A DNA stretch of 64,000 nucleotides from Octopus sinensis (GCF_006345805.1 NC_043017.1:33418001-33482000); one strand, 5' to 3'. Counted from the stretch's first letter, positions 35,650 to 50,530 are shown. Program-made: numbers and translations. Notes: generated from the letters alone by a model not told the origin.

Positions 35650-36195
35650 CAACGAAGCTACACGAAGAAGATAGCCTCTGTGCAGCATATAAACTACTGG
35701 GAAAGACTCAAGAGATTAAGACTCTATTCCTTAGAACGTAGGCGAGAAAGATATGCCATAATATGCATCTGGAAGATCCTAGAAGGACTTGTCCCAAACT
35801 TTGGCATCGAGAGTTACACAAATACTAGAACTGGGTGCCACTGCATATTGCCAAGGGCTCCAAATTTGCCATCAAGATGTAGGACAAGATACTGTGATAG
35901 CCTGGGCTTCAGAGGCCCACAGCTCTTCAATATCCTCCCGAAGAACCTAAGAGACCTGCATGGGGTGGATGCAGATGTCTTTAAAATGAAACTGGATCTC
36001 TTCTTGTCAGGTATCCCAGATAAACCAACTTCACGACAGGAGGTGCAGATGAGTGCAGCTGCATTGAACTCTCTCATGCACCAAATGGCAATTGCTAAAA
36101 AGCATTCGTGAAGTAAAATCATGTAGTAACACTGAATGGTGGTGCCCCAGCATGGCCACAGCTCGTGATAAAATAAAAATAAATGAATAAATAAA
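35650..36195 (+). mobile_element. CR1-clade LINE 3' end
   Basis: ORF 35680-36111 NYWERLKRLRLYSLERRRERYAII.IWKILEGLVPN...RGPQLFNILP..LRDL...FKMKLDLFLSGIPD; short 3'UTR ending GGTGCCCCAGCATGGCCACAGCTC and an A-rich tail. Confidence 0.9.
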
Positions 36196-36462
36196 CATGC
36201 ATATATATTTCCCATTACCCCTTTGTTGGTTCTTCCCTGTCTTGCAAGTTACAAGGCAGCCTCACTGGGGCCAGGGGTATGAAAGAAGCACCCAGTACAC
36301 ACTGTAAAGGGGTTGATGTTAGGAAGGGCATCCAACCATAGCAACCATGTCAAAACTGATGCAGGAGCTTGGTACAGCCTTGCAGCTTACTGGACCCTGT
36401 CCAACCATTCAACCCAGTCCAACATGGAAAATTAACATTAAATAACAATGATGCATGTATAT

Positions 36463-36875
36463 GTAGGCACAGGAGTGGCTGTGTGGTAAGTAGCTTGCTT
36501 ACAAACAACTTGGTTTTGGGTTCATTCCCACTGCATGGCACCTTGGGCAAGTGTCTTCTACTATAGCCTCGGGCTGACCAAAGCCTTGTGAGTGGATTTG
36601 GTAGACGGAAACTGAAAGAAGCCCGTCGTATATATGTATATATATATATGTATGTGTATGTGTATATGTTTGTGTGTCTGTGTTTGTCCCCCCAACATCG
36701 CTTGACAACCGATGCTGGTGTGTTTACGTCCCCGTAACTTAGTGGTTCAGCAAAAGAGACCAATAGAATAAGTACTAGGCTTACAAAGAATGAGTCCTGG
36801 GGTTGATTTGCTCGACTAAAAGGCAGTGCTCCAGCATGGCCACAATCAAATGACTGAAGCAAGTAAAAGAGTATA
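36463..36875 (+). mobile_element. SINE-A
   Basis: Full head-to-tail match. Confidence 0.9.
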
Positions 36876-37537
36876 TATACATAATATGAGTAGCTTCCAC
36901 ACAGTTTCCATTTACCTATTCACTTACAAGATATCAGTAAAAGACAAAAACTATATCGTTTTTGTATCTGGTGTGCAAGATTGTTTATGTGAATTAATGT
37001 GTTGAAACAAATTTTGTTGTCTCTAGGGAGGTTAATAATGCCAATATAATTAATAAATGTACTGGTTCAGTTCTACTCTTTTATTATTAGTCAATTGGTT
37101 AAATATCAAACTAGCCCTAATCATTTGTTTTGTTTTTGCTTGTCAAAGCTCTTTCGTTGCTACTGGCAACCTTTTCAATGACTTTTGACTTGGTCCGTTA
37201 TGGCAGCTACGTTTGTCTGCTTAAGACCTTGTTGTGTGTGTGTACCTGTGACAGTGTGCACACATAGGTATGTATGTAACTAACAAAGGAGCTTTCACAA
37301 ACAAAATCAAAACAAATGACTTTTTGTTTAACCAAATTTTAAAAAAAAACCAACAACCCCGTCACTTAGCGGTTCGGCAAAAAGAGATCGATAGAATAAG
37401 TACAGGGCTTACAAAGAATAAGTCCCGGGGTCGATATGCTCGACTAAAAGGCGGTGCTCCAGCATGGCCGCAGTCAAATGACTGAAACAAATAAAAGAGT
37501 AACTGATTAGTTAGCAGGATATTAACCAATTGACTTC

Positions 37538-37930
37538 CTAAGATTGCCCTGTTTGGCGAACTCTCCACCGGCCACCGAGTGAGAGGAGCTCCGAGGAAGC
37601 GCTACAAAGACTGCCTCAAGAAGTCTCTAACAGCATATCACATTAACCACCAATGCTGGTCAGACCTGGCTGCGGACCATGATGTCTGGCGTCACACGAT
37701 CTTCAACGCAGTCACCAAGTTTGAGGAACAAAGAAAAGATGCACTTAAAGACAAGAGACGCAGGAGGAAGGCGCGAGCCGCCTCTGACACCACACTGGAT
37801 ATTACCTTCGTCTGTGGACACTGCACACGGACCTACCTTTCCCATATCGGACTTGTCAGTCATGAGCGTGCATGCACGTGACGTGGACAGCCTTCCTGAT
37901 CTTCGTTCACGAAACCGAGCCATGATGATG
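37538..37930 (+). mobile_element. RTE (BovB-like) LINE 3' end with C2H2 finger
   Basis: KIALFGELSTGHRVRGAPRKRYKDCLK...FVCGHCTRTYLSHIGLVSHERAC; tail ATCTTCGTTCACGAA...CCATGATGATGA. Confidence 0.9.
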
Positions 37931-38009
37931 AACCAATTGACTAATAATAAAGAAGTGGAATTAAACCAGTGCATGTGTCAACAATATATGTATAATGACT
38001 CTCAACAAT

Positions 38010-38407
38010 GATGATGGATGGAAGCACTCTGTCAGTTACGACGACGAGGGTTCTGGTTGATCCGAATCAACGGAACAGCCTGCTCGTGAAATTAACGTGT
38101 AAGTGGCTGAGCACTCCACAGACACGTGTACCCTTAACGTAGTTCTCGGGGATATTCAGCGTGACACAGAGAGTGACAAGGCCGGCCCTTTGAAATACAG
38201 GTACAACAGAAACAGGAAGTAAGAGTGAGAGAAAGTTGTGGTGAAAGAGTACAGCAGGGATCACCACCATCCCCTGCCGGAGCCTCGTGGAGCTTTTAGG
38301 TGTTTTCGCTCAATAAACACTCACAACGCCCGGTCTGGGAATCGAAACCGCGATCCTATGACCGCGAGTCCGCTGCCCTAACCACTGGGCCATTGCACCT
38401 CCACTTA
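38010..38407 (-). mobile_element. SINE-C, tail variant 2
   Basis: tRNA-like head; 12-bp TSD ACTCTCAACAAT at 37998-38009 and 38408-38419. Confidence 0.95.
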
Positions 38408-39984
38408 ACTCTCAACAATATTGGTATAATGACAAAACAAAAACTATAGTCAAAAGCAATTGCCAAGGTGCCACACGGTGAAAGCGAACCCAAAACCTCA
38501 CACTTGCAAAAGGGAACTTTTAATCACACAACCTTGTCTGTACCTTATCTATTTATTTTTAAGTATGTTTTATTTTGCTATTCATAAACCACTGTATTTA
38601 TTGCTAATGGTTGCAGGTTTCTCATTTACCATTTACTGGTTCACTGCATTTCTGATGCCGAAACTGATTAGCAATTGTTTAATTTCCTAAATGAATGCCA
38701 CACAAGGGATTTTCATTTATAAACAACAGTTTTGCAGTATATTCCCCTTGCGTTACATCGCTTCCGTGGCTGTGTTGGAAAGAAGCTCACTTTGCAGTCA
38801 TGTGATTTTGGAGTTCAGTCCCACTATGCAGCCCTTTGAGCTAGTGTCTTTGTCTTCTACTAAACCCCTGAGTTGACCAATGTCTTGGTCAGTGAATTTG
38901 ATAAGCAGAAACTAGGTGAAAGCCTGTTATATTTATATGTGGGAGTGTGCATGTGTGTGTGAGACCTCAAAGCCTGAAAACTGATATTGGTTTGTTTACA
39001 TTCTCGTAACTTAGTGGTTCAGCAAAAGAGACAGATAAAGTAAATATCTGATTTTAAAAATAAGTACTGGGGTAGATTTTTCTTAACTAGAACCCTCTAA
39101 GGTAGTGCCCCAGCATGGTCACAGTCCAATGACTGAAACAAATAAATGGTAAAAGAAATACGCACACACAAACACACACTCACACTCACACACAAACACA
39201 CACACAAACACACTCACACACACACAAACACACACACTCACACACACACACAAACACACTCACACACACACAAACACACACACTCACACACACACACAAA
39301 CACACACACACTCACACACACACACACACACGCACACACACACACATCTATACATGAGCTTCAGCACAGATTCTGCTCATCATATTTCATAAGGCTTGGG
39401 TAAACTGAATCTATGGTAACAGCTACCTGTATAAGGTGTTTCAGAGTGGGATTGAACCCAGAATCACATGGTTGAAAAGTGAACTTATAAACCAGAGCCA
39501 TACCTATGCCTGCATGGCTATTTTAATTCCACCTTTTCGTCAATATTCTCACACCTGTTTTGATTTTAGTTGAGAACCAGAATACTTACTGCTTCACATC
39601 TATTTGAAAAGGTGTGAACCTCACAGCTAATAATTTCTTCTACCTTACAGCTCTTAGGATTTGTATAATTAGGAAATTGTTATTATGATTGGCAGAAAGT
39701 CTAAGTGGATAAGAAATTAAGCATCCATTTCTGAAGTTCTCAGATTTTGTCCATTACAATATTGTTTACTTTCCTTGGAATCAAATGAATTTGAAGCCTA
39801 AAGCAAATTACACAAGAAAACCATTCTACATTATTATCATTAACCAAATATAGTATGAGCAGTAGCAGAACTAGCCAAACTTTACGTATTTATTTACATA
39901 TCTTTATGTTCTGAGTTCAAAGTTATTCATAAAGTAGAGACAGTTTTGTATGTACTTCTATTCAGTTTGTAGTGACACAGTGAG

Positions 39985-40680
39985 ATTGCTGTGACTGTGA
40001 AGACCCGACAAATGAAGTGAGTTCATGGCTTGCAGGACGGCCTGCCATGCTTGAGGAGACCTATTGTGTCAAGTTCATCAACATCGAAATAAAAATCGTA
40101 TGGATACTGTAGTTGTGATACCCGTGCCGGTGGCATGTAGGGCCTCACAGAGGAAATGATGAAGACCGAGACCCCTGAGATATGCTGTGACTGTGAAGAC
40201 CTGACAAATGAAGTGAGTTCATGGCTCGCAGGACGTCCTGCTGTGTTAATCTTGGATTGTAGAGTGACCCGCTGTTCTTGAGGAGACCTATTGAGTCAAG
40301 TACGTCAACACCAACATCAAAATGAAAGTCAAATGGATATTGTAGTTAAGATACCCGAGCCGGTGACACGTAAGAAAGCACCATCCAAATGTGGCCGATG
40401 CTAGTGCCGCCTGACTGGCGTCTGTGTTGGTGAAACGTAAAAAGCACCAACCGATCGTGGCCGTTTGCCAGCCTCATCTGGCACCTGTGCCAGTGGCACG
40501 TAAAAAGCACCCACTACACTCTCGGAGTGGTTGGCATTAGGAAGGGCATCCAGCTGTAGAAACACTGCCAGATCAGATTGGAGCCTAGTGCAGCCTCCTG
40601 GCTTCCCAGACCTTGATCAAACCGTCCAACTCATACTAGCATGGAAAACAAACGTTAAACGATGATGGTGATGATGATGC
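39985..40680 (+). mobile_element. RTE 3' end with partial upstream duplication
   Basis: GCTGTGACTGTGAAGACC.GACAAATGAAGTGAGTTCATGGCT.GCAGGAC occurs twice, followed by the family D 3'UTR. Confidence 0.8.
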
Positions 40681-41204
40681 AGTAGTTATTTTATGTAAGT
40701 GCTTCAGATCAGGCATGGACAAAATTTCCAAGAGGCACGCCATATAAGACATAGCTCATCCTGAGGTGAAAGGTCATGCTATTACAAAATTTCAAAGTAA
40801 TTTTTTAATATGTCATTCAGAAATTCTTGTTGCCTGCAGTTTGCCCATCACTGCTTCAGATCCCTTCAACTGCTGTGATTTTCCCCACAATCCTTTCTTA
40901 TTAAGAAATATTCTGATATTTTTCGGCTGTTTGCTATCAATTGTTGAGAGAGCTGTTCTTATTATTGCAGTAGTGATGTAGCTGTGGCTCATCACTGATT
41001 GAGCCGCATTATTGCATGCAGACTAACAGTGGAATGACTAGATGTGATCAACTGGTTTATTGCTCAGGAAATTCTAGTAAATGTTGTTTATTAGATCAAA
41101 GCTAGCATTGATACTGGGCAGACTACAGAGAAATGCATTCCTCACATGTCATTTCTATTTTAAAATGGATATAAAGTATATTTTTCTGATATATTTAGCA
41201 AATA

Positions 41205-41610
41205 TGCATGGGAGTAGCTGTATAGTAAGTAGATTGCTTACAAACCACATGGTTCCGTGTTCAGTACCACTGTGTGGCATCTTGGGCAAGTGTCTTCTAC
41301 AAAAGCCTCGGGCTGACCAAAGTCTTGTGAGTGGATTCGGTAGATGGAAACTGAAAGAAGCCCGTCGTATATATGTATATACATATGTATGTGTGTGTGT
41401 ATACGTTTGTGTGTCTGTGTTTGTCTCACCAACATCGCTTGACAACTGATGCTGGTGTATTTACGTCCCCATAACTTAGCAGTTCAGCAAAAGAAACCGA
41501 TAGAATAAGTACTAGGCTTACAAAGAATAAGTCCTGGGGTCGATTTGCTCGACTAAAGGCAGTGCTCCAGCATGGCCACAGTCAAATGACTGAAACAAGT
41601 AAAAGAGTAA
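41205..41610 (+). mobile_element. SINE-A
   Basis: Full-length match. Confidence 0.9.
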
Positions 41611-41698
41611 ATCAAATGAACATGTAACGGTACCCACCATCTGGTTTTGAGAAACTACTTATTGTGGCTGTTGTTGTTTAGTCCATATTCAATTTTAA

Positions 41699-41918
41699 CC
41701 CTTTAGCATTTAAATATGCCATATCCAGCCAAAGTATTCTGCCTGTTTTATGCTTAAAGTGGCCAGATCTGGCCTCTCAGATCAACTCTACACTGTCTTT
41801 CAAAACATTAACAGTTACCTCATCAAAATCTCAAAGCTTCAAGATAATGTATGATTCAGTCAAAACAATGCAAATAGAATTACATTAATTGTGACAGAAT
41901 AATGTGAATTCTAAAGAG
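41699..41918. mobile_element. piggyBac-type MITE
   Basis: TTAA|CCCTTTAGCATT ... AATTCTAAAGAG|TTAA: imperfect TIR with TTAA TSD. Confidence 0.75.
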
Positions 41919-43139
41919 TTAACAGTGATCAAAAGCATTCTAAACCTGGCAACCTCATCCTTTACCTGGCATTGACAATAAAGGACCCTTTATTCACTAT
42001 ATCTGTCCCTTTCCAAGATGATACAGTTACTTGAAAGGAAATTTAGCTTCTATATCTAGCAGTACAAATGATCACATATGGGATATCTCCAGGAAGATTT
42101 TGTTTTATGTATTGCAGCATGAACACGTATCTTTGTGTCTTAGTAATTATTTTCTCTCACATTCTTGCCAAGAATACTTTGGTACTTTTCCTTAAGAGAA
42201 TTTCTTAGATCTGATTTAACTCCTATAGAACTTCTTTCTATTTCCACACACCATTTTACTTTCTATAAGTTTTCTTTTTTCACCATTTCTTTTCTCTGGA
42301 ACTTTCATTTGAATCACCTATTTTTTTTGTCCAGAATTTCCTTAATTCTGGGTATTTTTGCCTTATTTAAATTTGTTTTTGTCTCTTATTATATACTCTT
42401 TTTATATCCTTTGTATTCATTTGGTGATGCTGATTGTGTGTTTCTGTTCATATTGATAAGTCAGTTCTATTTTGGTGAATTTGTTTTTATACCAATTTTG
42501 TTTTTTCTGAGAGAGTAACTGGTTATTTCTTTCATTATCTAAAGTCTATGTTTCCTGTCCTGGCTGTTTATATATTATGCTGGCTCTTACATAGTATATG
42601 TGATTTACATAGATAATATCTATTTTTTCTACTTGACTTAGAAGAAAATCAGTATATTGTTTTATCTCTGCTGTTTATTTCTCCCTTTGTCCTCATTTGC
42701 AAATACTATTTTGAGTAAATATATTCTCTTGTCCAGCTTTCTATACTCTAGTCATTATTTCTATTTTTATTGCTATTTCTTGTATATTTTCTAGTTTTTT
42801 TTTATCTTCATTATGTTATCATCATTTGAACTTATCAGGGATTGCTTTTCCTTCACTCTATGTTATTATCATTGTTGTAGTTAGGACCTACGACAGTAGA
42901 AGTAGGGTCTTAAAGCAATAACCATCCCATAATATTTTGAAGAATAGTGTACCACTGACTACATAATCTAATGTGTTGCGTGTGGACCCAGATTCATTCT
43001 TAACATTTGTGGACCCAGATAGGGTGACCTGCTGTGCTTGAGGAGACCTATTGAGTCAAGTACATCAACTATTATAGTTATGAAACAGCAAGCTCCTTAA
43101 CCCCACAGCTATGCTTGCACCAATATCTACAGGAAGGAC

Positions 43140-43543
43140 ATAGGCGCAGGAGTGGCTGTGTGGTAAGTAGCTTGCTAACCAACCACATGGTTCCGGGTTC
43201 AGTCCCACTGCATGGCATCTTGGGCAAGTGTCTTCTGCTATAGCCCCGGGCCGACCAATGCCTTGTGAGTGGATTTGGTAGACGGAAACTGAAAGAAGCC
43301 TGTCGTATATATGTATATATATATATAAGTGTGTGTGTATATGTTTGTGTGTCTGTGTTTGTCCCCCTAGCATTGCTTGACAACCGATGCTGGTGTGTTT
43401 ACGTCCCCGTCACCTAGCAGTTCGGCAAAAGAGACCGATAGAATAAGTAAGAGTAAGTCCCGGGGTCGATTTGATCAACTAAAGGCGGTGCTCCAGCATG
43501 GCCGCAGTCAAATGACTGAAACAAGTAAAAGAGAGTAAAAGAG
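43140..43543 (+). mobile_element. SINE-A (young subfamily)
   Basis: Full-length match. Confidence 0.9.
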
Positions 43544-43882
43544 CTGTAGAAACACTGCCAGATCAGACAGGAGCCTGGTGCTGCCTCCTGACTTCCCAGA
43601 CCCCCGGTCGAACTGTACAACCCATGCTAGCATAGAAAACGGATGTTAAACGATGATGATGATGATGATGATGAAACAAATATTGCTGAGCATAACATCA
43701 AATGCTTTAATAATTCTAACAGTTTACCATGGCGACTGGTGCTTTATTTAGCAATCATAGAAGGATGAAAGATGAAGCTGATGATAGCAAGATTTGAACT
43801 CAAAATGAAAGAAACTAGAGAAAAAAAAATCAAATACCAACTGATGCTCTACCAACTCTGTCAATTCACTGCCTGATCTCTA

Positions 43883-44304
43883 TACTCTCTTTCTTTTTCT
43901 CTCTTTTACTTGTTTCAGTCATTTGACTGCGGCCATGCTGGAGCACCGCCTTTAGTCGAGCAAATCGACCCTGGGACTTATTCTTTGTAAGCCCAGTACT
44001 TATTCTATCAGTCTCTTTTGCCAAACTGCTAAGTGACGGGGATGTAAACACACCAGCATCGGTTGTCAAGCAATGCTAGGGGGACAAACACAGACACACA
44101 AACATATACACACACACTTATATATATATACATATATACTACAGGCTTCTTTCAGTTTCCATCTACCAAATCCACTCACAAGGCATTGGTCGGCCGGGAG
44201 CTATAGCAGACGACACTTGCCCAAGATGCCACACAGTGGGAATGAACCCGGAACCATGTGGTTGGTAAGCAAGCTACTTACCACACAGCCACTCCTGCGT
44301 CTAT
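43883..44304 (-). mobile_element. SINE-A (young subfamily), inverted relative to 43140-43543
   Basis: Full-length match on the minus strand. Confidence 0.9.
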
Positions 44305-44597
44305 ATTAATAATTACTTCCAGGAACATCTTTTAAATGTCTGAAACAAGACCCCAAACCTTCTCAAACTTGCAGTATGCTTTTTCAAATTCATCTAGCCC
44401 TATTCCAATCTCCTTTCCTTCCAAGACATATTCTTATACTACAACGGCAATTGGGCGATATCACAACTTAGGGAAACAATTCATATTTAACCTGGAAATA
44501 TCCAACCAGCTTCTCTCAAGGGGCAAATATTTGTTTTAATTTCCATCAATTTCAGTACTTCTTATGGCATTACTTGGAGGGTTTTTATATATTACCT

Positions 44598-44828
44598 ATT
44601 TCTTTATTACTCACAAGGGGCTAAACACAGAGGAAAAAAACAAGGACAGACATAGGTATTAAGTTGATTACATCGACCCCAGTGCGTAACTGGTACTTAA
44701 TTTATCGACCCCGAAAGGACGAAAAGCAAAGTCGACCTTGGCGGAATTTGAACTCACAACGTAACGCAGACGAAATACTGCTAAGCATTTCACCCGGCGT
44801 GCTGACGTTTCTGCCAGCTCACCGCCTT
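44598..44828 (-). mobile_element. SINE-B
   Basis: Complete head and core. Confidence 0.9.
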
Positions 44829-44852
44829 TGTTTATATATTACCTCTACATAA

Positions 44853-45238
44853 GTGGAGGCGCAATGACCCAGTGGTTAGGGCAGCGGACTCGCGGTCATA
44901 GGATCGCGGTTTCGATTCCCAGACCGGGCGTTGTGAGTGTTTATTGAGCGAAAACACCTAAAGCTCCACGAGGTTCCGGCAGGGGATGGTAGTGATCCCT
45001 GCTGTACTCTTTCATCACAACTTTCTCTCACTCTTACTTCCTGTTTTTGTTGTACCTGTTTTTCAAAGGGCCGGCCTCATCACTCTCTGTGTCACGCTGA
45101 ATATCCCCGAGAACTACGTTAAGGGTGCACGTGTCTGTGGAGTGCTCAGCCACTTACACGTTAATTTCACGAGCAGGCTGTTCCATTGATTCGGATCAAC
45201 CGGAACCCTCGTCTTCGTAACCGACGGAGTGCTTCCAC
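44853..45238 (+). mobile_element. SINE-C, tail variant 2
   Basis: Near-identical to 38010-38407; 12-bp TSD ACCTCTACATAA at 44841-44852 and 45239-45250. Confidence 0.95.
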
Positions 45239-45564
45239 ACCTCTACATAAATAAATCTGGTTGTCTCTGTGTGTTAATTTCTGTTCACATCTCGTACCCT
45301 GACCAGCTAGAACTCTTTTATATTCCTTTTGCGTTCTGTTGAAAAGCCACTGCCTGATACACGAGCTTTTTTTTTTTTACTCCTCATGGCATTTGGTCTA
45401 CTTTTATGGATAATTCACCAAAATTTTATTTTCATTCTTTATTTTGCTTTGTCAATCTAGACCCTCACCCGTTGCTTCTGGTACTAGATTTTGCTCAATT
45501 ACAAATTTTGTTGCCAATATCGTCATCCTACCACCACCAAAACCACCACCACCACATTCATTCA

Positions 45565-45945
<381 letters not shown>

Positions 45946-46696
45946 AGCAGCAGAAACCTTTAAAATAAGTAATCTATGGAACTGGAAATCGATATGGCTA
46001 TTGAAAACCAGAGTAGAAGTTGATAGTCAAAGAAACTGCCACATAAGACTAACGTTTACAAATATCCATCTCGCTATCACAGTTTCCCTTTATATACATC
46101 GACATACTTTAATTACCTTCATCTCACTTCTGGCTAGACATGATAGCAATTTGAATGTACAAATGACCATAATCATTTAGTTGGTTATAGTAAGCCATTA
46201 AGAGAAGAATCTTAGCGAGATGAAAGAATCTATTTACATGAAAGCATTTTCACGAGTGAAAATACACATATCGGATTTTATTTTTTTTGAGTTTTATCAT
46301 TCCTGCTAGTATCATGCCATTTCTAAAGCATTTTCTTTCCACCCAAACCACCCGACACGAACACATTATCCTACTCAACATCTTGGCTACCCAGCTGACA
46401 TGGCAGCGAACTTCTCTACTCCTGTCTAAGTTGGTAATCAACAAGACAATGTTATTACCATTCACGTTGTTATGAACAGAATACAAAAACTGTAATGATA
46501 ACATAGAAATTTAACCTCACTATTAATATGACCATCAAAATGTTTTTCAATAATTTATTGTTTCAGATTTCACTAATCGCTCTTTTAGATGTTTCAGTGG
46601 AAAACTTTAGGTTTTGTTCGACATTTGTATCATAATATCTATACACACGCATATTGATTGGATGAACTTTCCTACGCTGTTATGTCTGCTTATTTC

Positions 46697-46717
46697 CACA
46701 CACACACACACACACAA

Positions 46718-46768
<51 letters not shown>

Positions 46769-46898
46769 ACACACACAAACGCACACGCACACACATACAC
46801 ACACACACTCACAAACGCACACACACAAACGCACACACAAACGCACACACACTCACACACACACACACACAAACGCACACACACATACACACACACAC

Positions 46899-46932
<34 letters not shown>

Positions 46933-47005
46933 ACGCACACACACACACACATGCACACACACACACACAAACACACACACATGCACACACACACACACAC
47001 ACATT
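46697..47005. repeat. (CA)n-rich array
   Basis: Directly visible. Confidence 0.95.
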
Positions 47006-47506
47006 GTCACACATTCACAGACGCATAGTTTAAATGTTTATTCATAATTTTACTTTGTAAATACACAAAATTAATCTCGAATTAATGCATCTTCAGAAAA
47101 TATTACAGAGCAGAAGTTGAAATTCTAAAAGACCAAGTTTGGATCTGAATTTCAATTCTTGCTTAATTTCTCTCAGATTGAATTGTTATAATTTAGCTCT
47201 GAACCAACCTTGATTGAGCTCTATGATCGAAGACATTCCAGTCATGACTATCTATTTTAATCCCTTTTTAGATATTCTATCAAGGACTGCCCTATTCTAC
47301 ATATCCTTTATTTTTTAAGTGTACATCTACAACAGAGCATTGATTTATTGAGAAGTTGGGCACAAGAGGAATTATATGCAATGTGCAAGAGAGGAGACAG
47401 CAATGGTTTTGGTCATAAGATGCAGGTGGATGAGGGCAGCTGTGTAAAGAAGTGTTGATCACTTAAACTATGCGTCTGTGAATGTGTTTGTGTGAACATG
47501 TGACAA

Positions 47507-47538
<32 letters not shown>

Positions 47539-47934
47539 TATCTGTGAATGTGTGGAAATAAGCAGACATAACAGTGAAGGAATCAAAATGTGTGTGTAAA
47601 GATGTTATGATACTAATTTTCATTTTCATTTTTTCATTTTATCTTGTTTCAGCTCACAAGCTGTGGCCATGCTGGGGCACCGCCAATGTTGAACAAAACC
47701 TAAACTTTTCCACAGAAACATCTAAAAGACCGATTAGTGAAATCTGAAACAATCTGACCCCTAAAAGACATGGCATGAAGTACTGAAGGCTGACCTCAAA
47801 ATGCAGAACATTATAAGATGACAGAGGGAGGAGGCATTTGGCACATTGCTGTACTCAAGAAGTCTTAACCATTAAAATAGAATTGAGATCCTAAAACCAA
47901 AGTGCCACATAAAAAAAAAAAGAAAATTGATGTG

Positions 47935-48470
47935 GATGCTGGTGCCATGTAGAAAGCACTAGTGATGGTGCCACTTAAAAGTCACCCAGTACACATTGTA
48001 AAGTGGTTGGCATTAGGAAGGGCATCCAGCTGTAGAAACAAACCCCAAAACAGACTACGAAACCTGGTGTGAGCCCCTGGCCTTACCAGTTCCTGTCAAG
48101 CAGTCCAACCCATGCCAGCATGGAAAATAGACATTAAATGATGATGATGATGATGGTGGTGGTGGTGTGGTGGTGGTGGTGGTGGTGGTGGTGGCGGTGG
48201 AGGCGGCGGCGGCAGTGGCGGTGGTGGTGGTGGTGGTGGTGGTGATGGTGATGATGATGGTGATGAAGACGATGATTATGGTGATGATGAAGATGACGAT
48301 GACGAGGACGATGATGATGATGAAGATGATGAAGATGATAGTGATGGTGATGATGATAATGGTGATGATGAAGATGACGATGGTGATGATGATGATGATG
48401 ATGTTGATGATGATGATGAAGATGACGATGACTACAACGACAACGATGATGATGATGATGATGATGATGC
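47935..48470 (+). mobile_element. RTE 3'UTR fragment whose tail has expanded into a (GAT/GGT)n array
   Basis: GTGGTTGGCATTAGGAAGGGCATCCAGCTGTAG...CCATGCCAGCATGGAAAA followed by ~330 bp of triplet repeat. Confidence 0.8.
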
Positions 48471-49139
48471 AGGGTATGAATTGATGGAGATTTGGTTGGT
48501 AATTTGAACAAGCTGACACTGTAGATGTGCCCAGTCATTGGCTCACATATATCCTTAATGTTATTAGGAAATGTATTAACGCCACAACTTCCTAGTTTAC
48601 CCAACTTCAAATAAAGAAAGTAAGAAATAATCACCAGCTGACAATTACTTCCGATTACAATAAGATATGCAATGAGTTTTAAGAACAAACTGGCTGAACA
48701 GACAAAATTCACAACTGGAAGCTCCACTAGTTTAAAAACAGACTGGTTCAACCAATATAATGTGGAATTATTGGCTGATGGGTCAGGTTAAAATCTGCTG
48801 CAGGCATTTCATTGCATATTTCAGAAGAGTACTTAATTTTACATCACTTAGATTACTAAGCTGTAGGAAATAGGTATTATATCAACTGGAAATTCCAACT
48901 GTTATAGACCAACATCCGATCCAAATGGATTTATTTCTCAACCACTCAAGATGATAAAATAAATATCATTGACGAATAGTGATAAGGAATATAAAGGTGA
49001 ATTATTAAGGCATCTTCTGAATCACATTGGTGAGGGAAATGGCATATTGGTGGTTTATATTCTTATATGTCTTAAGAAAAATAATGCTCATATAAATAAA
49101 TATTCATAAAGATTCATAATTGATATATGTTCATGAAGA

Positions 49140-49380
49140 TTCGAGCGAGGTCGTTGCCAGTACCACCTGACTGGCCCCCGTGCCGGCGGCTCGTAAAAAG
49201 CACCCACTACACCCTCGGAGTGGTTAGCATTAGGAAGGGCATCCGGCTGTAGAAACTCTGCCAAATCAAGACTGGAGCCTGGTGCACCCATCTGGTTTGC
49301 CAGCCCTCAGTCAAAATCGTTCAACCCATGCTAGCATGGAAAGCGGACACTAAACGATGATGATGATGATGATGATGATG
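49140..49380 (+). mobile_element. RTE 3'UTR fragment (family D)
   Basis: Same diagnostic core and tail. Confidence 0.85.
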
Positions 49381-50488
49381 ATTTCTCAAAAGTATAGAAA
49401 ATATCAACCTTTCTCTAAATATGTTTATATCACTGAAATGAAGAACGTGATTATAAGACATATGTATAGGGAAAGTATATTCTTTGGTTTAGTGAAAAAG
49501 GGGTTTTGCTTCTTCATAGTATTATGAGTGTTTGTACACCTGTAAAGCGGAATAAATCACCATCGAAATCATCGCTGTTGCCATCACCATCAACATTGTC
49601 ATTGTTGTAATCATCACTGTCACCATCATCATCATCATCACTGCCGTTGTCATCATCATCATCATCATCATTGTTTTTAACATCCACCTTTTCTTGCTTG
49701 CTTGGATCAGATGGAGTTTATTCAGGCAGATTTTCTACAGCCGGATGCTCTTCCTGTTGCCACCCTCCTCTTGTTTCCATGTGACAGGTAATATTTCCTG
49801 TCACAAAGTTATGTTTTCACCGAATGTTGGAAAGGAACGATATTGTCTGTTTAATGGAGACAATCATTTGCAACTATCTAACAATATCACAAGGAGACAA
49901 ACACACACACACACACACACACACATGCATACACACACAGATGCTTATCTGGCACTTATTTTATGGACCCTAAAAGGATGCAAGACAAAGTCAACTTTGG
50001 CAGAAGTTAAACTCAGAACATAATCCCAAACAAAACACCACTAAGAATTTTTCCCACTGTGGAAAATGATTCTTCCACTCTTAATATTGATATTAACCAC
50101 TGAATTGCAAAGCAGGATTAGAATTTAATTTTATCAGAAGTTAACAGAGATATATGCCTTCCTATTGGCCATAAAGTGATTTTATTAAATATTTTATATG
50201 ACCAGTAGCACATTAATCTCACAAGCATAAATAATTCTTTGTAATTTTGGCAAAAGGCCAGCAAATGTGAGGTGACGGGGAAGTTATTTACATTGATGCC
50301 AGGGCTCAGCTGGTACATATTTCATCGAACCCCAGAAGGATGAAAGGGTAAAGTGGTATTTGATCTCCAAGCATAAAGAGCCAGAACAAATACTACAAAG
50401 TTATCAGAGTGTTAATAATTCTGCCTGCTTCTTGCCTTACAAACATAAATAATAAAAGAGCCTGACATTTAAAAGTTCTTTTGTCAGT

Positions 50489-50530
<42 letters not shown>

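Noticed and set aside
44853-44930. tRNA-like sequences with A/B boxes
   Set aside because: These are SINE heads followed by SINE bodies and TSDs, not tRNA genes.
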